Assembly (NCBI RefSeq): GCF_964204645.1
Contig: NC_134025.1
Location: 16,591,101-16,655,100 of the forward strand
Reading direction: 5' to 3'
DNA length: 64,000 nt
Source: Tubulanus polymorphus
Lineage: Eukaryota; Animalia; Nemertea
Every line of letters begins with the position of its first letter. Positions within the stretch are counted from its first letter, which is position 1. The translations under genes and the position numbers were made by a program. Under the pieces are notes generated by a model. It did not search any database. It saw nothing but the letters and a program-made list of their open reading frames with translations, and was not told where the DNA came from. Shown here in pieces: positions 36,567 through 47,432 of this stretch.

Positions 36567-37175
36567 ATGAATAAGGAATTATTTATATTTGAGCCTCATA
36601 ATATGTTAATTTCTGGTGTAACAAATTGTGGAAAAACTTATTTTATATTAAATTTATTAGAAACTGTTTATGAAAACTATTTTGATAATATAGTATTATT
36701 TTGTCCAACATATGAATTTAATCAAACTTATGATAGAAATATTACTAGAAATAATAAATTTATTATATTAGATCCTAAAACAGTAAAAGAAAATTTAGAT
36801 AATTGTATAAAAATAGCAATTGATATTTATAAAGGATCAAATACATTATTCATTATAGATGATTGTGCTAATCTACATGATTCAAAAGTTAGAGAAAGTG
36901 AGTTATGTTATTTAGCTTTCTCTGGTAGACATTTTGGGATAACAACATGGGTTTTAAATCAGAAATATAATTCAATTGTGAAAGATTTTAGAGAGAATAT
37001 AAGATTTCTAGTTTTATTTTACAATAAAGATAGAAAATCGATGAAAAATGCACTTGAGGAAAATGATATTATTCCACATGATTTACATAATGAATATATG
37101 GATGAGTTGAAAAATATTAAAAGATCAAAATTACTATTTAGATTACAACACCCATTTAAATATGAATTTATTTAA
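36567..37175 (+). CDS. A32/FtsK-like genome packaging ATPase
   Basis: GVTNCGKT, LFIIDD, SGRHFG, NQ. Confidence 0.93.
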   Translation: MNKELFIFEPHNMLISGVTNCGKTYFILNLLETVYENYFDNIVLFCPTYEFNQTYDRNITRNNKFIILDPKTVKENLDNCIKIAIDIYKGSNTLFIIDDCANLHDSKVRESELCYLAFSGRHFGITTWVLNQKYNSIVKDFRENIRFLVLFYNKDRKSMKNALEENDIIPHDLHNEYMDELKNIKRSKLLFRLQHPFKYEFI

Positions 37176-37182
37176 ATTCAAT

Positions 37183-37430
37183 TAGTTTGTTAATCTAGTT
37201 GAATTCTAGTTATTGGTAGTTGTAACAAAAATCAAATAGATTTAACAATATTTTAACTAGCTTGTTAATCTATTTTAATTCTAGTTACATTCTAGTTGAA
37301 TTCTAGTTGTTAGTAGTTGAAACAAAAATCAATTAGATTTAACAAGAAATAAATAAAAACAACAATATTTCAACTAGCTTGTTAATCTAGTTGAATTCTA
37401 GTTACATTCTAGTTAAATTCTAGTTGTAAC
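37183..37430. repeat. Intergenic repeat rich in CTAGTT/GAATTC palindromic units
   Basis: CTAGTTGAATTCTAGTT repeated; about two longer imperfect copies. Confidence 0.8.
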
Positions 37431-37459
37431 ATCACATAATTAATTTTTTTGTTATATAA

Positions 37460-38065
37460 ATGGTAGGTGAAAAGAAAATAAAATCTAAAAATGGTAATGT
37501 TCCAATTGAAAAAACTTTAGATGATTTAGGAATAACAGAAACAAAATTAACTCCAGATGATGGTGCTTTAAATATTGTTACAACAAATAATAATTATGAA
37601 TATTATCTTTATTGTAAACATCAATTAGAAATATTAATAGCATCTGGAAAATGTAAAAATTTTGTCGGTAAAAATTTAACTTATAATGAATTAGATACAA
37701 TGAAATCAGATGAAATTATTAGATTATTTAAGATTTATGAAGCCGCGAGAACAGCTAGAATTAATGACGCGATATCAGAAAATGTAGTAAAAGGTTATAG
37801 TAAATTATGTAATTATATACTACCAATTGAAGATGAAAATAGATTATATTCCGATTTAAAAAATGATTATTTAGTTATGACTGAATTAAATAAATGGATT
37901 GGATATTTATCATTTCAATTAGGTGGATTTATGACATTATTATCAACTGGGGTTATAACATTTTCAAATATTGAAAGTAAAAATATTTCTATAATAAATG
38001 AGCGAGGTGAAAGAAGTGAAGGAATTAACTGTGAAGAAAAAACCGAGAACTCAGAAACAAATTGA
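37460..38065 (+). CDS. 201-aa conserved protein
   Basis: YEYYLYCK, LKNDYLVMTEL; homologs in E1 and E3. Confidence 0.85.
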   Translation: MVGEKKIKSKNGNVPIEKTLDDLGITETKLTPDDGALNIVTTNNNYEYYLYCKHQLEILIASGKCKNFVGKNLTYNELDTMKSDEIIRLFKIYEAARTARINDAISENVVKGYSKLCNYILPIEDENRLYSDLKNDYLVMTELNKWIGYLSFQLGGFMTLLSTGVITFSNIESKNISIINERGERSEGINCEEKTENSETN

Positions 38066-38366
38066 ATGGTCTCGGCAATTAGGAATTAAATCACAAGAAT
38101 ATAAAAAAGCTGTAAAAGAAAAAATAAGTAATAAAAATGTTAATAAAAATGGTGAAAATATTGTTATTTCTACTCCTTCTGATAGTAGAATATTTGATAA
38201 ATATTTATATTTTACAGTTGGATTTGTAATTGTATTCATTTTGATTGGGTGTAATTGGTATAAGAAATCAAATAAAATTCATGATATTAGTAATTCTGAA
38301 CCAACTGCTATCAAAAATGAAAATACTTCTGAAATTCCAAAATTGATAATAAAAAAAATGGATTAA
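37998..38366 (+). CDS. 122-aa basic single-TM protein
   Basis: RTQKQIEWSRQLG; homolog of 56774-57154. Confidence 0.82.
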   Translation: MSEVKEVKELTVKKKPRTQKQIEWSRQLGIKSQEYKKAVKEKISNKNVNKNGENIVISTPSDSRIFDKYLYFTVGFVIVFILIGCNWYKKSNKIHDISNSEPTAIKNENTSEIPKLIIKKMD

Positions 38367-38398
38367 TATTTTAGAAAAAAAGCAAAAAAAATAATTGA

Positions 38399-38465
38399 AT
38401 ATCTCACTACTTTTGTCTATCCATGCGGAGCAATTAAATTGTCCAGATAAGTCATTTCGGATTCT
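38399..38465. other. Conserved non-coding motif shared by all three elements
   Basis: ATATCTCACTAC.TTGTCTAT..GGAGC..GTCCAGATAAGTCATTTCGGAT also at 57993-58090 and (rc) 18650-18719. Confidence 0.75.
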
Positions 38466-38502
38466 AGATATTCATTATTTTTATTAATTTATTTTTTTAA
38501 AT

Positions 38503-38829
38503 TTAATCAACAATTTCTAAATCATGATGACCGTCTTCATTTTTCCCATGATATATTATTTTAAATCCTACTAAATCTTTCAATTCCTCCATACTCAATG
38601 AAACCCATTTATCAGGTAAAAACACTTTAAATTCTCGCGATGTACTAACATTACAGTAGCTTAAATTAGCTGATACTTTCTCTCCATATTTAGTTTTTAT
38701 CTTTTCTAATTTCAATATTTTATGTTCAATTTCTTTTGTAACATCAATTAACTTTTTTATTTCAAATTGTTTTTTTGCTGGTTTTATTCTGTTATTTATT
38801 GTTGCTAAGAATGCTTTTCTATCTCCCAT
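38503..38829 (-). CDS. 108-aa homolog of the ~115-aa putative OB-fold protein
   Basis: KTKYGEK..VFLPDKW..YHGKNEDGHH; starts inside the right TIR. Confidence 0.8.
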   Translation of the reverse strand: MGDRKAFLATINNRIKPAKKQFEIKKLIDVTKEIEHKILKLEKIKTKYGEKVSANLSYCNVSTSREFKVFLPDKWVSLSMEELKDLVGFKIIYHGKNEDGHHDLEIVD

Positions 38830-38914
38830 TTATTAGGGAAAAAAATTACTTGTGGTGATGAGTGGTGTCTCGCCCTCTCGCCCTCTGGTATGAAAACGCC
38901 ATCTTCTAATTACT
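38825..38914 (-). repeat. E2 right TIR (90 bp)
   Basis: Reverse complement of 22499-22588; supplies the ATG of ORF 38503-38829. Confidence 0.95.
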
Positions 38915-39984
38915 GCTGTGGTGATCGACCTTTCTAAAAAAAGAATTCTTACTCGTTGAGGTGTGCCGCTACTCGTTGTATTGTATATCGTAGGCCTAAA
39001 AAAACAGTTCTTGATGAAATTTGAATCAACAACGTATATTTGGTTATGATATGAGGACTAGGCAAGGACATAAAACCAGCACTTCTCACGCGTGTAAGCA
39101 TCTAAGATTTGTGTTCCGAAAACAGGTTCAACATGTATCACGTGTAATGCAGTTTCCGATCCTCACTTCAAAAGTTAACAACTAATTGAAATTAATTGTC
39201 GTCATCCGATTTACTCTTACTAAAATTCAGAGAATGATGAGAAAGAATAATCTAATAGCATATTGCACTGTGCTGAAAATTCCATGTTGATGCGCGGCGT
39301 AGTTAGCAATATTTACTGTGAAGCTGTGATGATAGCGCCATCGTTTTAGTAACACGTGTAGCTCATCAAAATCAACGAAGCCGTTAATATTTAGATAAAG
39401 GATAATCTATCGATAGAAAAAGATTCCTTTGAAAATATTTGAATTAAGATTAAATATGCATACGCCCGGGGTCATCGTGACGAAGAAAATACGTTTGTAT
39501 CGATATGCAGATGAATTTTAAAGAATACTGATTTGCATTAAAAAACACCGTACTGGTTGACCAACATTGTGTAGTATATACTTGGAATCGAACCTGAGAA
39601 CAGTAAGCGGCTCGTTCGTTACTACTCTGCATTTGTGCGTGTATCGAATTGTTGACCCTACCACTTAGATGCACAGCAACATATTGGTATGAGATGGTTA
39701 TGAGACGATGTCGCTACAGATTGGCACGGCTACGAGGGAATGTAGACTGTAACTTCGTATCGGTGTATCAGTTGCGTTCTCACGTAGTGGCCAGGTGTGG
39801 AGTGGTATAGTTCGTAACTGTCACCGAGTGTCTTCAATCACCCGACCACATAGAATTATTCTTTCTAGTTCATTGTGAACTGAAATAATGAAAAGGTAGT
39901 CCAGTTATTGACTTTTCGTCAGATACATCGGAATAAAAGCTCCTTAATCCACTAAGTGTATGACATGGATGTACTGGCAATGAA

Positions 39985-40380
39985 ACTTCACCCGTTAAAC
40001 TTTCATTTTTCACCCGTCAAAACTTAAGATCGAATTTTCTTGTCAACTCAAAATAGAATTCTCGTCAAAACATCGTATTTGACGCGTCAAATATAATCTC
40101 GCATATACTTACAAAACCAAATCGCTTTATCGTAGATATTTTGTCAAAACTCATCATTTGACGCATCTTCGTACATATTTTGTCCAGACTAAATGTTCGT
40201 TTGACGCGTCAAAATTACTATGGTAGATATGCTGTCAAAATTAAAACTTCATATTCGCCAATCATCCGTCAAACACAACGTATTTACCCGCAAAAACATT
40301 TTTTAAACAGTTTTTACCCGACAAACACATTTACCCGTCAAAAATCGTTTTTACCAGTCAAACACATCGTTTTTAGCCCA
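39985..40380. repeat. Degenerate host repeat rich in CCCGTCAAA / TTTGACGCGTCAAA motifs
   Basis: Many copies of the motif; related TTTGACG words again at 41580-41630. Confidence 0.5.
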
Positions 40381-41634
40381 CTTGGGACTTTAGGACTTTA
40401 GGCATATTTTGTTACCATGATCAATTGAAAAGTTGTAGCTTATGACATGCTCTATGATTATGGTTAGTTGCATAGTTATTGGGCTTTGCATATGGTCACC
40501 AGGGTGGGTTGTATAGTAGAATAACTTAGTATTTCCACATTATAGTGTTATTTTGGCATATTTTGTCAGCATAATCTACTTCAAAATCGTAGCTGCCGAC
40601 ATGTTCTACAATTGTGGTGAGTTTCAAAGTCATTGAATTTTTTCAAGGTCATTGGATGGGGGGCGTTGAATATTGAAATTGTCATATTGTTGAGCATTTG
40701 AAACCACTTCCAAGTGGGCATGGTGTCCCTGGACCCCTAGTAACCTGTCTTATTACCCATCAAATCACGTAATTTGGAGAGTTATTTGAACCTCGCTGAA
40801 ATTGTTTCATAGCAGCTGTAACGAAGACACCACTTACCGCGAATACAGGAGGCGCAGAAGTAGACAGGCAACCAGTCTAACATAAAAGCTTAAAGGGCGC
40901 ACTTTTACGGCACCCCTCCAACGCATCATCGCTTGCCAGGAGTCCGGTATCACTCCCTGAACGCGCTTGAACCAGCCCTGGCCTCGCGACGTGTTATTTC
41001 ATTACTGGCGCTTTTGTTCATGACGTCATACATATATCGATCAGCGAAATACTTCCTTGTTCGGTAAAACGTTCGCTGATCGGTCCATTTGACGGGAATT
41101 CCAACTGAAGACTAATGACGTTTGTTACGAGCGCTGTGATGAGCCCGAGCTTATCGGCAAATAAATTTTTCACGAGAGACCACAAGAAGTGCATTTTATT
41201 GTCAAAAACCTGAACTGGCACTATTTTGATAAAAGCTTTTTTATACTTCATAATTCTTGCATGTATATAAACCTGTGTAGAATTTGTACTTGGCAGTCAA
41301 ATAAAGATATCTCTCCGGCTGGACATCTAGTTTTCTATCGTCGTCGTTGTCGAATTTTGCTGGTCGCGTATTGCTCGAATGTATCGTTTGAATGACATAT
41401 AAAGACAATGAAAACGTCTACGGACAGACGAATGAACGGAAGGACGGTGGACGAAAAGTGAACGCAATATAGTAATATATCTCAAGTTGGGATCAAGCAC
41501 ACGCTCTCGTCAACCACAGTCTAAAACCAATTCAAAAGGGGGCGGTGACATGATATTGATATTTGAGGTCCAAATACGTGATTTGATGCGTAATTTGACG
41601 GGTAAAGATGAGACGTTTTTGATTGGTAAATACG

Positions 41635-41841
41635 AGTAATAGGGGTTTAGTTGTTCTATACCAAAGGTCGAAAGGTCGAGGTCGATAAATTTTCCAAAAT
41701 GTTAAAATAACAATAATTTCTACTTGAATTAGTCGCGTACACTCCTAATTCAAGTAGAAATTATTATTATTTTAACATTTGGAAAATTTATCAACCTCAA
41801 CCTCTCAACCTTTGATATAGCACAACTAAACCCCTATTACT
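41635..41841. repeat. 207-bp terminal palindrome (left)
   Basis: Arms AGTAATAGGGG...TTGAATTAG and CTAATTCAA...CCCCTATTACT around a 12-nt loop. Confidence 0.93.
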
Positions 41842-41934
41842 CTATCTAATCACAAGTCTCATAATTTACAAGCCTCAACACGTTGAGTATTGCGTATTAC
41901 ATGTTGATTCTAGAACAACCCATCTAGAAAACTA

Positions 41935-42180
41935 CATTAGCCAATCACAGTTGAATATTCCCTATTACTCTATCCAATCACAGTTGAGTATTTTACTATT
42001 AATCTATCCAATCACAGTTGAGTATTACTCTATCCAATCACAGTTGAGTATTCCCTATTACACTAGCCAATCACAAGCCTCATAATTTACAAGTCTCAAC
42101 ACGCAGCTGGGTTTCCCCCACTGTTGAGTAGTATAAATAGGCGGGACTCACACGTGGTAGGACTCACACGTGGTGGGACG
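41935..42180 (+). promoter_or_regulatory. Putative host RNA Pol II promoter for pPolB
   Basis: CCAAT at 41941, 41974, 42008, 42034, 42067; TATAAAT at 42132; GGCGGGA at 42140; two CACGTG in GGACTCACACGTGGT repeats. Confidence 0.6.
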
Positions 42181-42198
42181 CGTTGAGAGGTAAGTGTT

Positions 42199-45100
42199 AT
42201 GTTCAATTTTAATAAAAAGTTTAGTATTAAAATGGAAGCAAATAAGTACTACTGTCCAACATGTAATATCAATATAGATAAATCCCAAAAAGCAAGACAC
42301 AATAAAACTAAAACACATTTAGAGAATAAATTGAAACTAGAATATAAAGATGATATATTAGAAACTAAATTAGAAGAATTAAAGAATGAAAAAGAAACAT
42401 ACAAATGTGATACATGTAATCAATCATTCAGTGATAAAAGATATTATAAAGAACATTTAAAATCTATAAGTCATATTAGAAATAAGAATAATGATATTTT
42501 AGGTGAAGATTATTTTGATAATGATAACGATAAGAAACAGAAGACAATTAAAAGAATAAAAAATAAATTAAACAATAAAAGACCATATATGGAAGATGTA
42601 AGAAATTATATTAATTCATTAGATAATAAAAAAGATATAGAAATAACCGAAGCATTTAAAAGTGATATAGGGCCAGCCGCTATTGAGTTTAAATTTCATA
42701 AAGGAAAAACAATAGAAGAAAATAAAAAACATTTAGAAAATATGAAAGAAATAATAAAAATAATAACTGATGTTGAATACCCTAAAATTAGTATTTCATC
42801 AAAAGTTAAATTTATAAAATCTGAAGATAAACCAATATATAATATAAATTCTCATTCACAACATATTATATCTAAACAACATATAGATGATAAATTAGAT
42901 AAATGTTATAATGAAGTAAAAACTAAAATAGAAGAGAAATATTTTGAAGGATCTGGTTTAATATTTGATGAGATAATATTTATGACTTTACATGTTTATA
43001 ACACAAAATATAATAAGTTAACTAAATCAAAACCAATAGATGAAAATAATGTATCATATTATAAAGAACCAGATATTGAAGCATTGAGTTATATTAAACT
43101 ACCATTTAAAACTAATGCTGTAATAAATGTACAAAATGAAGATGATAAATGTTTTCTATGGGCTATAATAAGTTGTTTACAGCCAACAGAAGATATTACA
43201 CATAGTTTTAGATTAACTCATTATAAACCATTTGAAAATAATTATAAGATAGATAAGTATCCTGTTATAATTAAAGACATCCCAAAGATAGAAAGAGATA
43301 ATAATTTAAGAATAAATGTATTTGATTTAATCAAATTACCAAATACAAAAGGTAACAACATAAAACATTATACATTGGAACCTTTATATCTATCAAAAGA
43401 TTATGATTCAAAGGATGTTATAGATATACTATATTATGAGAATCATTATATGTGGATAAAACGTATTGATTTATTTTTCAAATCAGAAAATGATTTTGAT
43501 AATAAAATATATCTATGTAGAAAATGTATAACTAAATTCAGAACTGAAAGTGCATTATTAAATCATAAACAACTATGTGATAATCATGATTATTGTAAAT
43601 TAGTTTTACCAAATGAAAAAGATAAAGTATTAGAATTCAAAAAATATGATTACAAAAATAAAGTACCATTTGTAATATATGGAGATTTTGAATCATTAAA
43701 TAAAGAATTAACAGATAAAGATAGAAAAGATATATATTATAAAAGAAAGAAATTAAATTCTAATGAAAGTGATTATTCAGAAGAACCACCAAAAACAAAT
43801 ACTATTAAAAAGATTCATCAATCAGCTGCAGCTTTCGGGTTATATATAAAATCTGATTATGTAGAACTAATTGAAAGTGAATATTATAATTATAGAAATG
43901 AAAATGTTATCAATCATTTTTGTGACTTATTAATTGAATATGAAATAAGATTTAGTAAATTATTGAATACAAATAAAGAAATAATTATGACAGAAGAAGA
44001 TAAAGAAGAATTCGTGTTTGCAGATAAATGTTATTATTGTGAAAAGATATTTAATTATAAAGATAAAAAAGTAAGAGACCATGATCATTTGAATGGAAAA
44101 TTTAGAGGCGCGGCGCATGAGAATTGTAACTTACAAGCTAAGAAAATCAATTTTGTTCCAGTAATATTTCATAATTTATCAGGATATGACGCACATTTAT
44201 TTATCAAACAGTTATGCCATAAAATAGAAGAAATCAATAATGAAATAGAAATATTAAATTCAAATAGATTAAAAGATGACAAAGTATCAACTTATAAATT
44301 TAAAATGCTAGCTAAAACATCTGAGAATTATATATCTTTCCAATTTGGATGCTTAAGATTTATAGATTCATATAGATTTTTAAGTAGTTCATTTGACAAT
44401 CTATCAAAATCATTAGTTGATGATGAATTACAAATATTAAAACAACATTACCCAAATAATGATGATTTTCAATTAATGAGATATAAAGGAGCAATTCCAT
44501 ATTCATTTTATAAATCACATAATGATTTTAATATAACTGAATTATTAAAAGAACAATTCTATGATGAATTAAAAAATGAATATGTTAAAGATGAAGTATA
44601 TAATAGAACATTGAATATTTGGAATCATTTCGAAATTAAAAATCATGGACAATTAGTAGATTTATATTTAAAATCAGATGTATTATTATTAACTGATATA
44701 TTTGAAAGGTTTAGAGATGTAAACCTAAAATATTTTAATATTGATCCTTGTCATTGTTATTCATCACCTGGATTAACATGGGATTGTGGATTAAAATTTA
44801 CAGATATAAAAATGGATTTGTTAACAAATATAGATCAATTACTATTATTTGAAAAATCTATAAGAGGAGGTGTTTCAGGTGTATTGGGTGATAGATATTT
44901 CAATGTAAATGATAACCCCGGATATAAATTATTATACATAGATGCAAATAATCTTTATGGTTGGGCAATGATGGAACCACAACCTTATGGGATGTTTGAA
45001 ATAACTGAAGTTTTACAAATTGATAAATTTGATTGGAAGAAAAGAATCCTAGATATTGCAGATGATTCAGAGACTGGTTACTTCTTTGTTGTAGATTTAG

Positions 45101-46266
45101 AATACCCTGAAAATATTAAATTCAAATCTAGAAATCTAGCATATTGTCCCGAACATAAAACTGTTAAACATGAAGAATTATCAAATTATCAAAAAAGAAT
45201 TAAACCCGAAAATCATATTCATACTGAAAAGTTAATGGTAACTCAAGAAGATAAATATAATTATGTACTACATTATAGAATGTTAAAATTCTATTTGAGA
45301 CAAGGAATGATATTAAAAAAAGTACATAGATATATTTCATTCAGTCAATCTAAATGGTTAGAAAAATATATAGATTTTAATACTACACAGAGAACTAAAT
45401 CTAAAACTGATTTTGAAAAAGATTTTTTTAAGTTAATGAATAATGCGTTCTATGGTAAGACTTGTGAAAATATTAGAAATAGAAATGATATTGAGTTAGT
45501 TAGTAATGGTAAAAGGATAAGGCATTTACAATCATATCCTAAGTTTATAGGTAACAGAATATTTGATGAAAATTTAGCAGCAGTTAAAATGAAAAGAACT
45601 TCAATGAAATTTAATAAACCAATTTATGTTGGAGCTGCAGTTTTAGAAATTTCAAAGCTATTGATGTATGAATTCTATTATAATGTATTACAACCTCATT
45701 TTGGAGAAAAGCATATAGAAATCTTATATTTCGATACTGACAGTTACATATTAAAGATAAAAACTAATAACATAACTGATGATTTAAAAACATTAAAACA
45801 TCATTTTGATTTCAGTAACTATCCAAAAAATCATGAATTGTTTACCAATGATAATAAAAAAGTTCCTGGGAAGTTTAAGGATGAATTAGGTGGTGAAGAA
45901 ATGATAGAGTTCATTGGTATTAGATCTAAAATGTATAGTTATAAAACTAAAACTCATGAAGCTAAAAAGTTAAAAGGAATTACCAAAAGCGTTGTTGAAA
46001 AGAATATTCATTTTAAAGATTACATCAATTGTATATTTAATGAAGAAGTTAGAAAACATAAAATGAAATGTTTAAGATCTGAGTACCACGAAATGTTTAT
46101 TGAAGAGATAGAGAAGATAAGTCTAAACCCATTTGATGATAAAAGATATATTTTAGATGATGGAATCCACACAGTCGCCTATGGTTGCAATTTAGATGAA
46201 TATATAAAATTCAAAAGAGAAGAAACAAAAGAAAATGAGATTATGAAAAGGATTCTAGCGTGTTAA
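42199..46266 (+). CDS. Protein-primed DNA polymerase B, intact (likely start 42232)
   Basis: N-terminal Zn fingers, DDKCFLWAI (OTU-like), YGDFES, Endo VII-like VRDHDH..RGAAH..CN insert, HNLSGYD, YIDANNLY, KLMNNAFYGKT, YFDTDS, KLKGI, FDDKR. Confidence 0.96.
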   Translation: MFNFNKKFSIKMEANKYYCPTCNINIDKSQKARHNKTKTHLENKLKLEYKDDILETKLEELKNEKETYKCDTCNQSFSDKRYYKEHLKSISHIRNKNNDILGEDYFDNDNDKKQKTIKRIKNKLNNKRPYMEDVRNYINSLDNKKDIEITEAFKSDIGPAAIEFKFHKGKTIEENKKHLENMKEIIKIITDVEYPKISISSKVKFIKSEDKPIYNINSHSQHIISKQHIDDKLDKCYNEVKTKIEEKYFEGSGLIFDEIIFMTLHVYNTKYNKLTKSKPIDENNVSYYKEPDIEALSYIKLPFKTNAVINVQNEDDKCFLWAIISCLQPTEDITHSFRLTHYKPFENNYKIDKYPVIIKDIPKIERDNNLRINVFDLIKLPNTKGNNIKHYTLEPLYLSKDYDSKDVIDILYYENHYMWIKRIDLFFKSENDFDNKIYLCRKCITKFRTESALLNHKQLCDNHDYCKLVLPNEKDKVLEFKKYDYKNKVPFVIYGDFESLNKELTDKDRKDIYYKRKKLNSNESDYSEEPPKTNTIKKIHQSAAAFGLYIKSDYVELIESEYYNYRNENVINHFCDLLIEYEIRFSKLLNTNKEIIMTEEDKEEFVFADKCYYCEKIFNYKDKKVRDHDHLNGKFRGAAHENCNLQAKKINFVPVIFHNLSGYDAHLFIKQLCHKIEEINNEIEILNSNRLKDDKVSTYKFKMLAKTSENYISFQFGCLRFIDSYRFLSSSFDNLSKSLVDDELQILKQHYPNNDDFQLMRYKGAIPYSFYKSHNDFNITELLKEQFYDELKNEYVKDEVYNRTLNIWNHFEIKNHGQLVDLYLKSDVLLLTDIFERFRDVNLKYFNIDPCHCYSSPGLTWDCGLKFTDIKMDLLTNIDQLLLFEKSIRGGVSGVLGDRYFNVNDNPGYKLLYIDANNLYGWAMMEPQPYGMFEITEVLQIDKFDWKKRILDIADDSETGYFFVVDLEYPENIKFKSRNLAYCPEHKTVKHEELSNYQKRIKPENHIHTEKLMVTQEDKYNYVLHYRMLKFYLRQGMILKKVHRYISFSQSKWLEKYIDFNTTQRTKSKTDFEKDFFKLMNNAFYGKTCENIRNRNDIELVSNGKRIRHLQSYPKFIGNRIFDENLAAVKMKRTSMKFNKPIYVGAAVLEISKLLMYEFYYNVLQPHFGEKHIEILYFDTDSYILKIKTNNITDDLKTLKHHFDFSNYPKNHELFTNDNKKVPGKFKDELGGEEMIEFIGIRSKMYSYKTKTHEAKKLKGITKSVVEKNIHFKDYINCIFNEEVRKHKMKCLRSEYHEMFIEEIEKISLNPFDDKRYILDDGIHTVAYGCNLDEYIKFKREETKENEIMKRILAC

Positions 46267-46294
46267 TCAATTTCAATAAAAATGTGTATAATAA

Positions 46295-46636
46295 ATGGAG
46301 AGTAAACAAGTACACAGTGAATTCTTAGATAGAATTAAAGATACTTCAAGCGTCAAATCTGTAGATTATAAATTTAAAAAACTAACTGAGTTAACAATTC
46401 ACAAGAAATATTTAATTACTAACATTGAAACAATTACTAATAAATATGGAGATAAATTAGTAATTCATTTAGAATATGAAGGATTAAAAGGAAATAAATA
46501 TAAATTCAGAACTTATTTACCAGATAGATTTCATAGATTATCAAGTGAAGATTTAGAAGAATTATGTTCTGGTGATTTCTATTTCATATACAAAGGTAAG
46601 AATGAAAAAGGGCACCATGAAATAGATTTCGAATAA
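46295..46636 (+). CDS. 113-aa putative OB-fold protein
   Basis: Homologs in E1 and E2; TAAATG start. Confidence 0.78.
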   Translation: MESKQVHSEFLDRIKDTSSVKSVDYKFKKLTELTIHKKYLITNIETITNKYGDKLVIHLEYEGLKGNKYKFRTYLPDRFHRLSSEDLEELCSGDFYFIYKGKNEKGHHEIDFE

Positions 46637-46653
46637 GAAAATATGTAAAATAA

Positions 46654-47415
46654 ATGGCGGAATTAAAAGAATACAGAATATTTGTAGATTCTAGAAAACT
46701 TACAAATTATAAATCACATTATTTATTAGTACAATTAGACAGAGAATTCAAAAATTGTGTAGATTTAAAATTAGTTAATATAAGTTTATGTAATTCTTTT
46801 TACAATATATCGAATAAAACTATTGAACATAGAGCTTTTTTAATTTTTAATAAAAATAAAAATGAATGGGTCTATATATATTTAAAACCAGGGTTATATA
46901 ATTTAGATACATTGGCACAAGAAATTAATAGAAAAGCCTGGCACAAATTAGGTAGTAGTTCTGGGTTTAGTATTAGATTTTTAAAAAGTGAGAGTTCTGA
47001 TAGAATAAAGATAAGGTTGTCTAATAGTGAAAAACATAAATTTATGGTAAAAAAACCTATAGCTAAACTGTTAGGAATTCTTCCAGATAGATCTTTTACA
47101 AATATTGACGCTACTACACCAAACTTAATACCTTACACACATTTTTATATTTATTGCAATTTAATTGATCCTACAAAAACATTCGAAGCAACTAAAGATA
47201 TAACTTGTAATTCTGGTTTACTAAACATTTTACCATTGAAGAATGTTAAAGAATTTGGAACGCAAATAAATCATAATTTAACAGAATGTGATTTCAAACC
47301 ATGCATTCCTCGTTTTAATAATTTTAGATTAGAAATTAGAAATCATAATGGATACTTAATTGATTTAAATAATTTCCCTGTAATTTATGAATTAGTTATA
47401 AGATGTAGAGAGTAA
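46654..47415 (+). CDS. Minor capsid (penton, single jelly-roll) protein
   Basis: NSFYNIS..LKPGLYNL..FYIYCNLID..LNILPL..LEIRNHNGYLIDLNNFPV pattern typical of Polinton mCP. Confidence 0.82.
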   Translation: MAELKEYRIFVDSRKLTNYKSHYLLVQLDREFKNCVDLKLVNISLCNSFYNISNKTIEHRAFLIFNKNKNEWVYIYLKPGLYNLDTLAQEINRKAWHKLGSSSGFSIRFLKSESSDRIKIRLSNSEKHKFMVKKPIAKLLGILPDRSFTNIDATTPNLIPYTHFYIYCNLIDPTKTFEATKDITCNSGLLNILPLKNVKEFGTQINHNLTECDFKPCIPRFNNFRLEIRNHNGYLIDLNNFPVIYELVIRCRE

Positions 47416-47432
47416 TTTTTTTCACTATATAA

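Larger units (their letters stand above)
22499..38914 (+). mobile_element. Polinton/Maverick-like element E2, complete (16.4 kb)
   Basis: AGT...ACT termini, 90-bp TIRs, 6-bp TSD GCTGTG (22493-22498 and 38915-38920), full core gene set. Confidence 0.96.
41635..46261 (+). repeat. E3 left TIR, 4627 bp, includes pPolB
   Basis: Inverted copy at 59060-63686; about 10 differences seen. Confidence 0.95.

Noticed and set aside
39450-41395. Small ORFs in the E2-E3 spacer
   Set aside because: Short, non-ATG starts, no motifs; the region looks like degenerate host repeats.
42190-42224. 35-nt GTAAGT...TTTAG intron upstream of pPolB
   Set aside because: Very short with no clear polypyrimidine tract; unsupported without transcripts.
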